This document shows, piece after piece, positions 1 through 8,071 of a stretch of DNA of 64,000 nucleotides. The stretch's first letter is position 1. Each line of letters opens with the position of its first letter. Position numbers and translations under genes: made by a program. Source of the stretch: Dehalococcoidia bacterium (GTDB lineage: Bacteria; Chloroflexota; Dehalococcoidia; Lucifugimonadales; Australimonadaceae); assembly GCA_965220225.1 (NCBI GenBank), contig OZ244813.1:1506991-1570990 (forward strand), in the 5' to 3' direction. The notes beneath the pieces were generated by a model. The model worked only from the letters and a program-made list of their open reading frames with translations. It made no database searches and was not told the DNA's origin.

Positions 1-483
1 GAGGACGAGGAAGAGGAGACGGCGGTGCGCCGCAGAGCGCTGGAAGCGATAGCGCCGGTCCGCCATCGGGATGTTCCGGGTTGGATACGGTGGGCTTACC
101 AGAGCGGTGAACCACTGCTGGGACAGAGCGCCGTCTACGCGATGGGGCGCACCTGCGACCCCGCGTGGCTGTCCGTTATCGTGGCGGAGTTTGGCAGCGA
201 AGTGGCGGCGATGCGCTTCGAGGCTGCCAACGCCGCCCGCGAACTCGCGGACCCCAAGACGCTGCCTTACCTGCACGAACTGACGAGCGACGACGATCCA
301 CAGGTCGCGCTCGCGGCGGTGCAGGCTATCGGTGGCATCGGCGGTACGGCGGCGCGGAAGCTGCTCAAACACTACGCAGACCAGGGCGATCCCACGCTGA
401 GCGAGGTTGCACTGGAGGCGTTGCGTGTGCTCGAAGCCGACGAGGGCGACTTCTCCATGCTGACGTTGCGGGAGGATCTGTAG
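1..483 (+). CDS. HEAT-repeat protein, C-terminal part (5' end outside window)
   Basis: The frame is open from base 1 to the TAG at 481-483. It has repeated helical PxxLxxLxxxLxDxDxxVRxxAxxALG-like units (DPKTLPYLHELTSDDDPQVALAAVQAIGGIG). Confidence 0.6.
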   Translation, partial: EDEEEETAVRRRALEAIAPVRHRDVPGWIRWAYQSGEPLLGQSAVYAMGRTCDPAWLSVIVAEFGSEVAAMRFEAANAARELADPKTLPYLHELTSDDDPQVALAAVQAIGGIGGTAARKLLKHYADQGDPTLSEVALEALRVLEADEGDFSMLTLREDL

Positions 484-485
484 TC

Positions 486-932
486 ATGGCGGGGGGCTCG
501 AGGGTCGCACAGGCCGTATCCGCCGGAGGTGTCGTCTGCGAGCAGGGCGACGGCGATGTCATGGTCGCTGTCTGCGGGCGCTTGAAGACCGGTCTCTGGG
601 CGCTGCCCAAAGGCACACCGGATAACGGCGAATCCCTGGAGGAGACGGCACTGCGCGAAGTGCGCGAGGAGACGGGGCTGTCTGTGGAGATAGAGGCCTC
701 GCTGGGGCATATCGAGTACTGGTTCACCCGCGACTCCGAGCGCATCCACAAGCGCGTCTACTTCTACCTGATGCGTCCTTGCGGCGGGTCGTTCGACGAC
801 CACGACCCGGAGTTCGACGTCGTCCGCTGGACACCGGCAGCCGAGGCGCTGGACACGCTGACCTACCCGTCCGAGCGCGAGGTGTTGCGCCGCGCGATGG
901 CGGCGCTCGAGACCGGGGAGGCCGTCGTATGA
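486..932 (+). CDS. NUDIX hydrolase
   Basis: ATG at 486. Nudix box GLWALPKGTPDNGESLEETALREVREETGL (GX5EX7REUXEEXGU). The upstream part of ORF 165..932 is Arg-rich and judged non-coding. Confidence 0.85.
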   Translation: MAGGSRVAQAVSAGGVVCEQGDGDVMVAVCGRLKTGLWALPKGTPDNGESLEETALREVREETGLSVEIEASLGHIEYWFTRDSERIHKRVYFYLMRPCGGSFDDHDPEFDVVRWTPAAEALDTLTYPSEREVLRRAMAALETGEAVV

Positions 933-1471
933 CCGAGACCGGCATCCGCGGAGAGAAGGTCATGATTCGCGAGAAGCGGATCGAGGATGGCGAGGACGAC
1001 CACCGCTGGCGGTCGGACCAGGAGCTCGCGGAACTCGACGCCGCGCCGCGCCTGCGGCAGCCGCTCGACGACTTCCTGCGCGACTACGCGAACGAGTTGA
1101 AGTACCCCACGCCCTGGGTACGTCGCTACGGCATAGACACGCTGGATGGCTTGCACATCGGCAATTGCATGGTCTACGACATCGACAACTTCAAAGGGCA
1201 GTGCGAGGTCGGCATCCTCGTCGGAAACAGGGACTACTGGGGCAGAGGCTACGGGCGGGAGGCGGTGCAACTACTGGTGAGGCAGTGCTTCAAGAATGCG
1301 GCGATGCAGCGGCTCTACCTGCATACGTTGGAGTGGAACGCCCGCGCCCGCCGCGCGTTCGCGATGTGTGGGTTCAGGGAGGTGAAGCCCGTGCGGCGCG
1401 CGGGGTACAACTTCATCCTGATGGAGATAACCCGCGAGGAGTGGGAGGCCCTGCAGGACGGGTCAGCCTAG
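929..1471 (+). CDS. GNAT family N-acetyltransferase (RimJ/RimL-like)
   Basis: The ATG at 929 overlaps the upstream stop as ATGA. Acetyl-CoA binding motif GILVGNRDYWGRGYGREAV (Q/RxxGxG/A). Confidence 0.8.
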   Translation: MTETGIRGEKVMIREKRIEDGEDDHRWRSDQELAELDAAPRLRQPLDDFLRDYANELKYPTPWVRRYGIDTLDGLHIGNCMVYDIDNFKGQCEVGILVGNRDYWGRGYGREAVQLLVRQCFKNAAMQRLYLHTLEWNARARRAFAMCGFREVKPVRRAGYNFILMEITREEWEALQDGSA

Positions 1472-1890
1472 CGCGAGGGCAGCGAGACGACCGCCTCGCC
1501 CGTAGTCGTGCGAACGCCTGTGCCGTTCTCGATCCAGATATCGCAGCGTACGGAGCCTGCCCCCTCGTCCCGCTCCACAACCGTGCCCTTGCACGTCAGC
1601 ACGTCGCCGGGAACGTCCATCTCGCGGTAGCGCACCGAGAGCGACAGCAGCCGCCCCTTCGCGCCTGCCCAACCGGTGACGAGTTGGCCGAGGTAGGCGC
1701 TCTTCAGGGCGCCGTGCAGGATCACGCCGGGCAGACCCTGCTCTGCGGCAAAGTCCTTGTCGTAGTGGATCTCGTAGAAGTCACCGGACGCACCCGCGTA
1801 CATCACCAGCTGGCGGGTCGTGGGCTCCTTTACCAAAGCGGGCAACTCCGTGCCTTCGGTTACGTCGTCCAGGTAGGTCTGCGTGCTCAT
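1468..1890 (-). CDS. MaoC-like (R)-specific enoyl-CoA hydratase/dehydratase, hotdog fold
   Basis: Internal ATG at 1890 (MSTQTYLDD...). Motif YAGASGDFYEIHYDKDFA...GLPGVILHGAL is typical of the MaoC dehydratase active-site region. Confidence 0.8.
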   Translation of the reverse strand: MSTQTYLDDVTEGTELPALVKEPTTRQLVMYAGASGDFYEIHYDKDFAAEQGLPGVILHGALKSAYLGQLVTGWAGAKGRLLSLSVRYREMDVPGDVLTCKGTVVERDEGAGSVRCDIWIENGTGVRTTTGEAVVSLPSR

Positions 1891-2303
1891 GCTTCGGGCA
1901 TCCTTATCAAGGTGTTGCGCTGGGTGGCGGCGAGTTCGCCTCGCTGGTTGGTGTAGCGGGTGACGTAGGTGGCGATGAGCATCGAGCCCATGCGGCCCTC
2001 GCGCTCGATGAGGTTCTCCATCTGCGTGACGAAGGTGATGGCGTCGCCCGGCCGCACGGGCTCGCCGTAGGCCCACTCACTGCCGCCGTCCAGCACGCGC
2101 GGGACGGTCTCTCCGTCGGGGAGGGCAGGGATGGCGAGGCCGACGGAGCGCAGGAAGGTCGGCGGGGCGACGTCCGGGTAGGCGGGGTTGTCGTCGCCGA
2201 TGGCGGCGGCGAAGCGCTCGACGGCGCCGCGTTCGATGACGGTGGTGCGCGGTTCGCCGTCGCGTCCGATGGCGGCCTGCATCGCGGGAGTGAGTATGGA
2301 CAC
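1887..2303 (-). CDS. MaoC N-terminal-type hotdog dehydratase subunit (HadA/HadC-like partner)
   Basis: ERFAAAIGDDNPAY...PPTFL motif. Its stop overlaps the downstream MaoC start (ATGA). The start is uncertain: GTG at 2303 or ATG at 2282. Confidence 0.7.
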   Translation of the reverse strand: MSILTPAMQAAIGRDGEPRTTVIERGAVERFAAAIGDDNPAYPDVAPPTFLRSVGLAIPALPDGETVPRVLDGGSEWAYGEPVRPGDAITFVTQMENLIEREGRMGSMLIATYVTRYTNQRGELAATQRNTLIRMPEA

Positions 2304-2638
2304 GGTCGTTGCTCCGGTGCGGGGGTCGGCGGGCAGGCTAGTGGCGAGCGCGGGGAGTGTCAAGCGGCCTGGGATGGCAGGAGTGGAACTCTCAGGGCAG
2401 ACCCTCCGAGGAACCCTCTGGATATTCTGCTCGCAGATCCATCTCACTATCGTATTGACAACTGATACAACACAGATTAACGTTCCGTGCTCACGCGGCT
2501 CATGCCGTGTAACCTTGTGATTGATGACGGTATGGGTTGCAGGGCCCTCCAGTCCACGCAAGGCCTACCGCCCGTCAACAGCCCCTCCAGAGCGGAGGGG
2601 CTCTGACTTTAAGTGGGGTCCGCGACGCCTCCGAGCGA

Positions 2639-2668
2639 TTGACCCTCAGAGGCGGCGAGTGCTACGCT
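2639..2668 (+). promoter_or_regulatory. candidate sigma70-type promoter for tRNA-Trp/tRNA-Leu
   Basis: TTGACC (2639-2644), 18 nt spacer, TACGCT (2663-2668), 12 nt before the tRNA start. Confidence 0.3.
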
Positions 2669-2680
2669 TTGAGGTAGCGC

Positions 2681-2757
2681 AGGAGTGTAGCTCAGCCTGG
2701 TAGAGCAGCGGTCTCCAAAACCGCCGGCCGAGGGTTCGAATCCTTCCACTCCTGCCA
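2681..2757 (+). tRNA. tRNA-Trp (anticodon CCA), CCA 3' end encoded
   Basis: Hand-folded cloverleaf. Acceptor AGGAGTG/CACTCCT, anticodon stem GCGGT/ACCGC, loop CTCCAAA, T-loop TTCGAAT. Confidence 0.9.
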
Positions 2758-2771
2758 CTGCAACGACTCGG

Positions 2772-2858
2772 GCGCAGGTGGTGGAATAGGTAGACACGCT
2801 GTCTTGAGGGGGCAGTGGGAGAAGTCCCGTAAGAGTTCAAATCTCTTCCTGCGCACCA
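2772..2858 (+). tRNA. tRNA-Leu (anticodon GAG), class II, CCA encoded
   Basis: Acceptor GCGCAGG/CCTGCGC, anticodon stem CTGTC/GGCAG, loop TTGAGGG, long variable arm, T-loop TTCAAAT. Confidence 0.9.
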
Positions 2859-2871
2859 ACCCAGGACCCAA

Positions 2872-2907
2872 AGAAGCCCCGACATCATGCCGGGGCTTCT
2901 TCATTTC
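2872..2907 (+). terminator. intrinsic terminator after the tRNA pair
   Basis: Stem AGAAGCCCCG (2872-2881) / CGGGGCTTCT (2891-2900), followed by the T-rich TCATTTC. Confidence 0.6.
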
Positions 2908-2988
2908 ACTCCGGTCCGCTGCCGGCCCGCGCTGCTCGAGTTGCGGTTACAATCCGCTCCGCACGCCGACGACCCCCACGGAGGAGCC

Positions 2989-4041
2989 ATGCCAACCGTT
3001 TCCCATGACAGACTGCAGACCATCGCCGACCGCCTGCTCCAGTGTGCTGGAGCAAGCGATGAGGAGGCCGGCGTCATCGCTCGCCACGTCATCGGTGCGA
3101 ACCTTGCGGGACACGACTCCCACGGCATCATCCAGGTGCCGACCTACATAGACCGCATCAAGCGGGGACACATCGTCCCCGGCGCGCCGTTCGACATCGT
3201 CAACGAGACGCCATCGACGCTCGTGGCAGACGGCCATTGGGGGTTCGGGTACGTCGTATCGGAGCGGGCGATGAGTCTGCTCATCGAGAAGGGGAAGCAG
3301 CAGGGCTCCGCCGCCGCGACGGTCTACCGTCAGAGCCACGTGGGTCGGGTCGCCGACTACCCGCTGATGGCCATGCGCGAGGGCATGATAGGCCTGATGA
3401 CCGCCGACTCCGGCAGGACGACCAAGAACGTCGCCCCGTTCGGCGGAAGCGAACCCCGGCTCGGCACGAACCCGATCTGCGTCGCGGTGCCGAGCAACCT
3501 GGAGGGGCCGCTGTTCATAGATATGGCCACGAGCGCGGTCGCCGCAGGAAAGGTGGACCTTGCCGCGGCACGCGGCGTCCCGATCCCGGAGGGGTGGGTC
3601 GTCGACAGCAGCGGCTACCCCGTGACGGACCCGAGAGTCATGCGCGAGCAGGGCGGCGCGCTGCTGCCGCTGGGCGGCTCCGAGGGGTACAAGGGTTACG
3701 GCCTCTCCGTCATCGTGGAGATACTCTCCGGCCTGCTGACAGGCCTCGGTTTCGGGCACGACCCGCGCGGTTTCCACAACGACGGCTGCTTCATGGCCGT
3801 GTTCGACGTCGCCGCGTTCCGCCCGCTGGAGGAGTTCAAGCAGCAGGTTACGGAACTCGCGGGCTACCTGAAGGCGTCCAGGCGCGCGGTGGGGTTCGAC
3901 GAGATTCTCTACCCCGGCGAGATCGAGCACCGGAACACGCAGCGCCGTCTGAATGAGGGCATCTTCGTGGAGGATGCGACGTGGGGCAAACTCGCGGCGC
4001 TCGCGGAGGAGTACAGCGTCAGCGCGGAGCTGGAGCTGTAG
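2989..4041 (+). CDS. Ldh_2 family (malate/L-lactate/sulfolactate-type) NAD(P)H oxidoreductase
   Basis: ATG at 2989 preceded by GGAGGA. Motifs GHDSHGI, GFGYVV, SHVGR, FGGSEPRLGTNP and GYKGYGLS are typical of the family. Confidence 0.8.
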   Translation: MPTVSHDRLQTIADRLLQCAGASDEEAGVIARHVIGANLAGHDSHGIIQVPTYIDRIKRGHIVPGAPFDIVNETPSTLVADGHWGFGYVVSERAMSLLIEKGKQQGSAAATVYRQSHVGRVADYPLMAMREGMIGLMTADSGRTTKNVAPFGGSEPRLGTNPICVAVPSNLEGPLFIDMATSAVAAGKVDLAAARGVPIPEGWVVDSSGYPVTDPRVMREQGGALLPLGGSEGYKGYGLSVIVEILSGLLTGLGFGHDPRGFHNDGCFMAVFDVAAFRPLEEFKQQVTELAGYLKASRRAVGFDEILYPGEIEHRNTQRRLNEGIFVEDATWGKLAALAEEYSVSAELEL

Positions 4042-4834
4042 TGACCGCACGCCCCGGGTGGGCAACCGCACGTTTACCGCGTCGCCTTCGCGAGGTGTAC
4101 CCATTCGATTGCCGTACCCGATGCCTGACCCGGCAACTGGTGTACGCTCGCATGCGCACATTCCTCTGCAGCAGCCGTGTGCGCGCCGTGTAAGCGGTCA
4201 GCTCCTCGTGCCGCCGCGCCCGGATGGTCTCCAACTCGTGGCGGGCCTTCCGCACCTTCCTGACTTCCCGGACGACCGCCCATGCAAGCAGGAGCGGCCC
4301 CACGACGAAGGCGGCTACGCTGACGATGCCCAGGGCGAACCGCAAACTTATGCCGAACACCAGTGAACTGGTGGTTCCGACCGCCGGAGCCGCACCTGGG
4401 AAGAGGGTCAGCAGTTTCGCTCCCACCGGACGTACGAGGTTGAGGATCGTTGCGGACCACACCTTCCAGACGGTGCCGGCGGCAAAGCCGGCTCCCTGGC
4501 GTCCGATGATGCTGGTTCTGGAGTGAGGAGAGCCATCGGCGACGGTGCGCTTCTGACGCCTGAGGAGCCGCCGCCACAGCGGCGGCGGATCAAGGAGCGT
4601 CGCATTCTCCTGGAGGGAGGCCGGGTACTCCGGCTCCGGCAGACCCAGCCGGTGGCAGAGCCCCACCTGTTGCTCGTACAGCGGGAGGATCTCTTCCCGG
4701 TGGTGCGACTCCAGTTCCTGCAGTTCGGCGCGTAGCGCGTTGAGCCGCTCGTGGCTTCTCAGCTTCGCAGCTGCCTGGGCCACGGCTGAGCCGCCGGCGA
4801 TGGCGAGGGGAATCAGCAGAGCGGGTAAGGGCAT
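4019..4834 (-). CDS. hypothetical protein (N-terminal signal/TM, coiled-coil, two TM helices)
   Basis: Only plausible ORF in this interval. It has hydrophobic segments LLIPLAIAGGSAV and GIVSVAAFVVGPLLLAWAVV. The C-terminal Arg-rich tail overlaps the Ldh_2 3' end and may be spurious. Confidence 0.45.
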   Translation of the reverse strand: MPLPALLIPLAIAGGSAVAQAAAKLRSHERLNALRAELQELESHHREEILPLYEQQVGLCHRLGLPEPEYPASLQENATLLDPPPLWRRLLRRQKRTVADGSPHSRTSIIGRQGAGFAAGTVWKVWSATILNLVRPVGAKLLTLFPGAAPAVGTTSSLVFGISLRFALGIVSVAAFVVGPLLLAWAVVREVRKVRKARHELETIRARRHEELTAYTARTRLLQRNVRMRAYTSCRVRHRVRQSNGYTSRRRRGKRAVAHPGRAVTTAPAPR

Positions 4835-4929
4835 GAGTGATCTGTTCGTCTTCGGTATCGTCGAGCGGTTCGTTGGCGTATGTCGACGGTTGTGGACACT
4901 GAGAACATTTTAGCAAGCGCCTCCCGTCG

Positions 4930-4959
4930 TTGACGGACGGGAGCGTTTCTGGCTAATCT
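4930..4959 (+). promoter_or_regulatory. candidate promoter for tRNA-Cys
   Basis: TTGACG (4930-4935), 18 nt spacer, TAATCT (4954-4959), 10 nt before the tRNA. It overlaps hairpin CTCCCGTC/GACGGGAG (4921-4943). Confidence 0.3.
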
Positions 4960-4969
4960 GATACGTCAC

Positions 4970-5045
4970 GGCGACGTAGCCAAGTGGTTAAGGCGGAGGT
5001 CTGCAAAACCTCTATTCGGCGGTTCGATTCCGCCCGTCGCCTCCA
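4970..5045 (+). tRNA. tRNA-Cys (anticodon GCA), CCA encoded
   Basis: Acceptor GGCGACG/CGTCGCC, anticodon stem GAGGT/ACCTC, loop CTGCAAA, T-loop TTCGATT. Confidence 0.9.
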
Positions 5046-5089
5046 ACCTCACTCATCACGGCGTGCAACCTCATCGGGAGGAGCGGCTC

Positions 5090-5647
5090 ATGGAAGAGAT
5101 CGTCAAGAAGGTTCAAACAGGAGAGCCTGTCCCGAACGCTGCACGCCAGGACGGCGTCCGGCGGGAGATCGTCATCGAGGTTGAGGCGGAGACGCTGGAG
5201 CGCCAGCGCAAGCTGGCCCGCGTCCGCTCCGGGGGCGGCACCGGGAGCACGTTCGAGATGATCTGCGACGAGGGGACCCGCATCGGCGGTGATGACACTG
5301 CACCTTCACCGCTCGCCTACTTCTCGGCGGGTGTGGCGTTCTGACTGCTCACTCAACTCGCTCGGTTGAGCGAGATGACGCACATCGCCTACAGCAAGGT
5401 GCGGCTACAGCAGACCACGCGCTTCTACCGCGACGGCTCTGCGCTCGCGGGCACCATCGTTGGGGGGCCGGCCGGTCTCGAAACTACCGTCAACGTGGAG
5501 TCGGATGAGCCGCCCGAGCGCATACGCCGTCTCGTCGACATGGCGGAGTCGAGCTGCTATGCGTTGCAGTCGCTGGTGCAGAACATGGAGGTCACGTCCG
5601 TGTTCACGCTCAACGGCGAGGCGCTGCCGCAGGCCGCGGCCGTCTGA
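5090..5647 (+). CDS. OsmC/Ohr-family peroxiredoxin-like protein with in-frame TGA at 5342-5344 (candidate selenocysteine; alternatively a nonsense pseudogene)
   Basis: ORFs 5063..5344 and 5366..5647 share one frame and are separated only by TGA. The joined sequence is GGDDTAPSPLAYFSAGVAF[TGA]LLTQLARL. The second conserved Cys is retained (AESSCYALQSL). ATG at 5090 is preceded by GGGAGGAG. Confidence 0.6.
5353..5378 (+). promoter_or_regulatory. SECIS-like stem-loop immediately 3' of the in-frame TGA
   Basis: TCA-A-CTCGCTC [GGTT] GAGCGAG-A-TGA. The stem starts 8 nt after the TGA. The G-rich apical loop (5364-5367) starts 19 nt after the TGA. Confidence 0.45.
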
Positions 5648-5725
5648 CGTCCGCGCATACTTCACCCCGCAGTACCCTCACCGCGCGCTGAAGCGTGTTG
5701 CCTTCTCCCTTGTAGGGAGAGGGGG

Positions 5726-6634
5726 TCAGTCCCACCGCTGCAGTAGATTGATCACCACGGTCAGTGTCACGAGGCTGGCGATCGTGCCGATGATGACGCT
5801 GCTCGCCACGAACCGCGGCACCGTGCGGTACTCGGTCGCGAGGATGGAGACGAACACGGCGGCGGGCATCGCAGCGATGAGCACGACCGTGTTGCGGATG
5901 ACGCCTTCGAGCCCCAGGAGTGTCGTCACCCCAGCGCCGACCATCGCCCCTGCTATCAGCCGCGTGGCGAGCACCGTAGTCATGCTGCCCGGCTGCCGGA
6001 ACTCGATGCCCTGCGCCAACTGGTAGCCCAGTACGAGCAGCATACCCGGGATGGCCGCATCCGCCATCATGCTGATGGGCCTGTCGAGCGTCGTGGGGAG
6101 CGTCCAGTCGAACCCGCGTATGAGGAGTGCGATGGGTACGGCGTAGAGTGTTGGCGCCTTGAGGGACTGGAGTAACGGGCCCCACCCCCGCGCCCGCCCA
6201 CGGGCGGCGATGTAGATGCCGACGGGCCAGTTGATGGACGTGTGCGCAACGAACACGATGATGGCCACGGAGAGCCCGTCGTCCCCGAACGCGAGGAACG
6301 AGAGCGGGATGCCCATGTTGCCTGAGTTGCCGAACGCTCCGGCGAGCATGAATCCGCTCTCGGTTGTCCTGTCGAGCCGCAGCAGCCTGGACACCACCCA
6401 GGAGACGGCGACCATCGCGAGCATGGTAACGGCTGCGGCTGCGACGATGCGCAGGGATACGTCCAGCGCCAACTGCGTCCGAAGCAGGCCGTCCAGCACC
6501 AGCGCCGGGCCGAAGATGTAGAGGGCGGCAGGCCCCAGCAGCCCAAGCGAACCGGGGCGAACCCGCTGCAGCACCGCGCCGGAGCCGGCGATGATGAAGA
6601 TCGGCAGAACAACCGTGAGGAAGATGTTGAGCAA
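5726..6634 (-). CDS. AEC (auxin efflux carrier) family transporter
   Basis: About 10 TM helices. The N-terminus MLNIFLTVVLPIFIIAGSG is typical of the family. The start is TTG. Confidence 0.85.
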   Translation of the reverse strand: MLNIFLTVVLPIFIIAGSGAVLQRVRPGSLGLLGPAALYIFGPALVLDGLLRTQLALDVSLRIVAAAAVTMLAMVAVSWVVSRLLRLDRTTESGFMLAGAFGNSGNMGIPLSFLAFGDDGLSVAIIVFVAHTSINWPVGIYIAARGRARGWGPLLQSLKAPTLYAVPIALLIRGFDWTLPTTLDRPISMMADAAIPGMLLVLGYQLAQGIEFRQPGSMTTVLATRLIAGAMVGAGVTTLLGLEGVIRNTVVLIAAMPAAVFVSILATEYRTVPRFVASSVIIGTIASLVTLTVVINLLQRWD

Positions 6635-6721
6635 GGCAGCGCCTGGAGAGGGAGAAGCCCCGGCAGTGTATCTTCCCTGCTCCCTGAGGCCAACAGCAGT
6701 TCAATATCCGCTCTGCAACTT

Positions 6722-6750
6722 TGTTACAGATTCGTAATACGACAGTAACA
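6722..6750. promoter_or_regulatory. nested inverted repeats upstream of amt-glnK (candidate nitrogen-regulator operator)
   Basis: TGTTAC (6722-6727) ... GTAACA (6745-6750) enclose the palindrome TCGTA-A-TACGA. The site lies in an AT-richer patch about 60 nt before the amt start. Confidence 0.3.
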
Positions 6751-6807
6751 CCGGCGTAAAACCTGCCACGCATACTGCTTCCATCACACAACGGAAGGAG
6801 TGCCGCA

Positions 6808-8001
6808 ATGGACAGTGGTTCGATAGCTTGGTTGCTGACCGCATCGGCCTTGGTGTTGCTCATGACACCGGGGCTTGCCTTCTTCTACGGGGGTCTAGTC
6901 CGCAGCCGCAACGTCATCAGCACCATCATGATGAGCTTCATGAGCATGGCAGTAGTCAGCGTCGTCTGGGTACTGTGGGGTTACAGCATCGCGTTCGGCG
7001 AGGGCAACGCTCTCATGGGAGACCTCTCCCTCATCGGTCTGAAGACCGTCGAACCGGGCGACGACATGCTGTTCGCCGTCTTCCAGATGATGTTCGCCAT
7101 CATCACGCCGGCCCTGATCACGGGAGCGATGGTTGAGCGGTTCAAGTTCACCACCTACCTCGTCTTCCTGGTCGCCTGGGTAACGCTGGTCTACGCGCCC
7201 ATCGCCCACTGGGTATGGGCCGGCAATGGCTGGTTGTTCGACCTCGGCGCGCTCGACTTCGCGGGCGGTACGGTCGTTCACATCAACGCCGCTGTGGCCG
7301 CCGTCGCTGCTGCGCTGCTGGTTGGCAAGCGGCGGGACCCGGGTCTGGAGCCCGGCAACGTTCCGTACGTCGTTATCGGCGCTGCATTGCTCTGGTTCGG
7401 CTGGTTCGGGTTCAACGCGGGCTCCGGCCTCGCGGCAGACGGAGTCGCCATCAACGCATTCCTCGTGACCAACACGGCTGCCGCAACGGCCGCACTCACG
7501 TGGGGCATCCTGTCCCAGATACAGAACAAGCGCATGAGCGCTGCTGGAGTCGCGACGGGCGCCGTCGGCGGTCTCGTCGCCATCACCCCGGCGGCAGGCG
7601 CGGTGGGCGTCATGGGCGCGTTGGCCATCGGCCTGGGCGCGGGTGTGTTCTGCTACCTCGCCGTGCTCATCCGTCCGAAGCTGGGGATCGACGACTCACT
7701 GGACGTGTTCGCGGTCCACGGCATCGGCGGCATCTGGGGCGCTCTGGCGACCGGTATCTTCACGGTGTCGGCATTCGCCGGAGTCGAGGGGCTGATCGAA
7801 GGTAACGTCGAGCAGCTGGGTATCCAGTTCGTTGGCGTCGCCGCCACGATCGTCTACTCCTTCGTCGCATCGCTCATCATCCTGAAGGTGCTCGACCTGA
7901 TCCCGGGTCTCGGCCTGCGCGTCAGCGAGCGTGACGAGGGCACCGGCCTGGACGTGGCCGCTCACGGTGAGCGTGCCTACGTGAGCGACGGGGCCGACTA
8001 A
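6808..8001 (+). CDS. amt: ammonium transporter (Amt family)
   Basis: Amt signatures LVLLMTPGLAFFYGG, DFAGGTVVHINA, LWFGWFGFNAGS and DVFAVHGIGGIWG. RBS GGAAGGAG. Confidence 0.95.
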   Translation: MDSGSIAWLLTASALVLLMTPGLAFFYGGLVRSRNVISTIMMSFMSMAVVSVVWVLWGYSIAFGEGNALMGDLSLIGLKTVEPGDDMLFAVFQMMFAIITPALITGAMVERFKFTTYLVFLVAWVTLVYAPIAHWVWAGNGWLFDLGALDFAGGTVVHINAAVAAVAAALLVGKRRDPGLEPGNVPYVVIGAALLWFGWFGFNAGSGLAADGVAINAFLVTNTAAATAALTWGILSQIQNKRMSAAGVATGAVGGLVAITPAAGAVGVMGALAIGLGAGVFCYLAVLIRPKLGIDDSLDVFAVHGIGGIWGALATGIFTVSAFAGVEGLIEGNVEQLGIQFVGVAATIVYSFVASLIILKVLDLIPGLGLRVSERDEGTGLDVAAHGERAYVSDGAD

Positions 8002-8071
8002 CAAAGAGGAACGGCCTGGGGGTATGCTGAGGCGGCATACCCCCAGGGAACCAGGAGAAGGGATACAAGCC

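Noticed and set aside
5342-5344. Genome-wide TGA reassignment (genetic code 4 or 25) as the explanation for the in-frame TGA.
   Set aside because: TGA terminates many well-delimited genes in this window, for example the NUDIX gene at 930-932, argH at 36248-36250 and UPF0182 at 29798-29800. Protein lengths are as expected.
6780-6807. Glutamine (glnA-type) riboswitch upstream of amt, considered because of the ACGGAAGGAG string.
   Set aside because: The string is best explained as the Shine-Dalgarno sequence (GGAAGGAG, 8 nt before the ATG). No three-stem junction was found.
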